A stretch of DNA of 63,205 nt, the filler included, from Rhabdomonas costata (Eukaryota): the NCBI GenBank assembly GCA_019059605.1. It is 44 parts of 44 records of this genome, joined end to end, with 100 filler letters (N's around TTAATTAATTAA, not from the genome) between each part and the next. Parts side by side here need not be neighbours in the genome. Positions count along the whole stretch, not along the records: positions 60,430 to 61,768 come from JAHMHO010018930.1; positions 61,869 to 63,205 come from JAHMHO010018931.1; 42 more parts are not named here. The stretch is one strand, 5' to 3'. Below, one piece after another: positions 60,548-63,205 of this stretch (position 1 is its first letter; each line of letters opens with the position of its first letter). A program made the translations under genes and the position numbers. Under the pieces are notes generated by a model. That model had not been told where the DNA came from. It saw only the letters and a program-made list of their open reading frames with translations, and searched no databases.

Positions 60548-61299
60548 CTGTGATGCAGCATTCCGAAGAACCCGCGCAGGGGATCTGAGCGCAGACCTTG
60601 GAGGCGTCGAGAAACACACCAGACCCCACGCATCCCCCGAAGTACGCGCAAAGCTGACCTGTGGAAGAGAAGTTGACCCAATGCCCTCCCCCCCGGTGAT
60701 CTTCATTCGTGGGATTTGACACGGGATGCACCACTTGAGAAAATGGAAAACCAAAAATTTCACGAATTCTTCTCTTTTTCGCAATCCCTACCCTTCTGCT
60801 TTGGAAAAAAGAAAATCGTCACAAATTGGGCACAGCCTTCGCACAATCCGCAATTATCCAAATATTTTTGCTCACGGCGAAATAAGGTAAATACATTTCA
60901 CATTTAGACTCACCGTCACAAGCCACTCCTTCAATCTATCCAGCTCAGGGTTGGGGTTGGGGTTAGGGTTAGGGTTAGGGTAAGCCATACTTGAGCACCG
61001 GCTCTTCATGGAGGGAACAGTGTATCCGTAACTGGAAGATGCGTACCAGACCGACCACATCTCCGTGAGCTGCTCGGGGGTGCCGACGTCCTGGGAGTTG
61101 TACGTGGAGTACACGCTGGCGGAGCCCAGTAGCGGGCCCGTGGCCCACCCCACCCCAGACGCGTAGTACAAATACTGCACACTGGCCTCGTTGAAGTAGT
61201 ATGGGCGGCCCGCGGAGAAGCCTGTGGCGTAGTACAGCCCGTTCATGTGGTTTAAGGGGGCCGTGAGCCCGCTGATGGCGATGTCGCAGGCCCCCGGCA
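60548..61299 (-). CDS. Mosaic, probably extracellular protein; two phase 1-1 exons, 61299-60991 (103-aa module) and 60658-60548 (37-aa six-Cys module)
   Basis: TAG/GTATGG and CAG/GTAGTT boundaries; lengths 309 and 111 nt. ACDIAISG...NGLYYATGFSAGRPYY...LYY...W and CAYFGGC...VCAQIPCAGSSECC. Confidence 0.8.
60945..60980 (+). repeat. Interstitial telomere-like repeat (TTAGGG/TTGGGG, 6 units)
   Basis: TCAGGG TTGGGG TTGGGG TTAGGG TTAGGG TTAGGG, inside an intron. Confidence 0.85.
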
Positions 61300-62013
61300 C
61301 TATTATGGATTTGGAGAACAGAGAGGCCTAAATGAAGAAAGCAGTGACGCTAAAGATAGATGAAGAGAAACGATCCCCATTACAAAACGCGCGCTGCCTG
61401 GGTAAGACGCTACCTCAATCAACGTGTGTCTCAGCTTCCATCCAGCCAAATGCTCCAGCACCACAGCTGGAGGCCTATGCCTTCCTTGCAGGGAATCTTC
61501 CTCACCGTTCACTACAAGGTGGAACCAGCCTCTCGGTTTCTCACTCTACACTGTTTCCTGCGCCCCCTGCTGGGTACCTCGTACCTGGCACTCCATCCGC
61601 AATGGGGTTCCCACCCCTCTCCTCTATGACCCTGCCGCATTTGCCACACTCTGCACTCTGAACTTTCTGTCGCGACTCTGCTCAACTGCAGGCCTGGGAC
61701 CGGTGGCACTCTACCCAAAGCATCCAGCCCGACGTCGAGCCCATGATCACCCTCTTGTCCCCACCCCCNNNNNNNNNNNNNNNNNNNNNNNNNNNNNNNN
61801 NNNNNNNNNNNNTTAATTAATTAANNNNNNNNNNNNNNNNNNNNNNNNNNNNNNNNNNNNNNNNNNNNTTGTGTTTGTAACTTTTTCTGCACCTAAACAA
61901 CTGCGGAGAATGTTACAGACACACTTTTGAACTGGTTAAGCTCCGCTTTGACAGTCCAGCAGCGCTGGCGGTATAGCATCCGGGAGAGACCAAGGCCCCA
62001 GAAGCTTGCACTT

Positions 62014-62044
62014 GGAATGAAATGAAATGGAATAGAATGGAATG
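62014..62044. repeat. Degenerate (GGAAT)n pentamer repeat
   Basis: GGAAT GAAAT GAAAT GGAAT AGAAT GGAAT. Confidence 0.7.
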
Positions 62045-63205
62045 TAACTTTGACCTGGAATGGAACTTTGGTCTTTGAATCATGACCCTGCCCCTATTTA
62101 AGAAATCTTTAATATGTACATACAAAAGATTCCGAACGATCGTTAATGAGTGAAGAGAGGAAACGCTGAATATTAGGTATGTGTCAAGGAGTGTGAGAGA
62201 AGAGTGATGAGATGGACAGTGTGACACGCTGGCGTATTTTCATATGGGACCTGCGCTAAACCATTTAAGAACGTCAAACGATAAGATTCATAACTATGCT
62301 GATGGGCTCGGCCATCGGAAAAACCCCTCTCATGTGTCACTTTTGGGGCGCATTAATACGAAACTTCCGCAGTCCCCCTCCCCAGACTACGACTCTCTCT
62401 CTTTTTTGTGGCATCTCCTGGGAACTGTTCATCGCCGTTCCCGGGCAAATTCACCGAAATCAGCCTCTAACAGACCAGCAATACCGAGGAAAGGTACCCC
62501 AAATACAACAATACACTAATAACAGCGCGATCACGTCGTTAATACAAATGCAACGCACCGGGATGCGCACCATGATATGTACAGCAGCGCTCTCATCCGT
62601 GGCCCTGAACGAACTCCCAGAGATTCTTTGAGCTGGAGAGAGGGAAACCAATTATCTCTTTTCTCTGTGGTGCTTGAACGGTAAACGTTTGCGGGAATCA
62701 TAAATCCTGCTTGAAGAGTGCATTCAGTTTTGAGTGCTAGGCTTTTTGTTTTGAGAATCAGGTCATTTAGCTTTTTCTCTTTTGCGCACACGTGCAGCTC
62801 GTGCGGGAGACTTGCCGCGGCCCGCTGCACGGGAGGTGAAACCCCCTTTCCCTCTGCACCCCTCTTCAGCTCACACACATTGTTCTTTCTCTCTTGGACC
62901 CTCTTTTTGGTCATTTTTGTTATTTTTGGAAGCAAGAAGTTTGAGCTCAGCAATATGACTTTTAACTCGCCGAGGGCCGTTCTGAGCAGACAGTCATGTA
63001 CGAGGTCAACAAGCCTGTGGTCTCGGCCAACTGAAGAAGTGAAGAGCTGTACCAAGGGGCCAAGCACAGAGCCTATATGCCTCGTTCACATGAAATTCCC
63101 ACACCCACACCCCTCTCTCTCTCTCTCTCTGGATTTTCTTTTCGGTCGCTTTCCATGTCAGGTCACACAAAGTCAGCAGACTCCGAGAAAGAGAAAACAA
63201 AACAA

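Overview
This window is not one locus. It is an artificial concatenation of 44 unrelated contigs of about 1,335-1,347 bp, each joined by a 100-nt spacer (44 N + TTAATTAATTAA + 44 N), so nothing can be inferred across spacers. Many contig ends carry G/T-only (or C/A-only) tails resembling whole-genome-amplification primer, and two ends look like amplification fold-back chimeras. The DNA is eukaryotic and intron-dense. Short exons can be spliced by hand into recognisable proteins using GT-AG introns whose donors are most often GTGYG-like, with some AAG acceptors and possible GC donors. That pattern, with TTAGGG repeats and a CRE-clade retroelement, suggests a euglenozoan, probably euglenid, nuclear draft genome (inference). 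Recognisable fragments: SET-domain methyltransferase, two fucosyltransferase-like genes, ATG18/WIPI, a response-regulator receiver, an IQ-motif protein, an SCP/CTDSPL2-like phosphatase, a papain-family protease, an ankyrin repeat, an atypical protein kinase, a degenerate CCR4/Angel-like EEP domain, an ERICH3-like protein and an HPD-less J-like protein. There are also decayed intronless USP and TRANK1-like helicase pseudogenes and a decayed CRE-like non-LTR retrotransposon. The most interesting signals are (i) an unnamed 90-103 aa Cys-bounded module encoded by one symmetric phase 1-1 exon in two unrelated genes, suggesting exon shuffling, and (ii) several small fold-back elements whose arm mismatches are almost all CpG transitions. 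All family assignments are by motif recognition from memory, without database searches.
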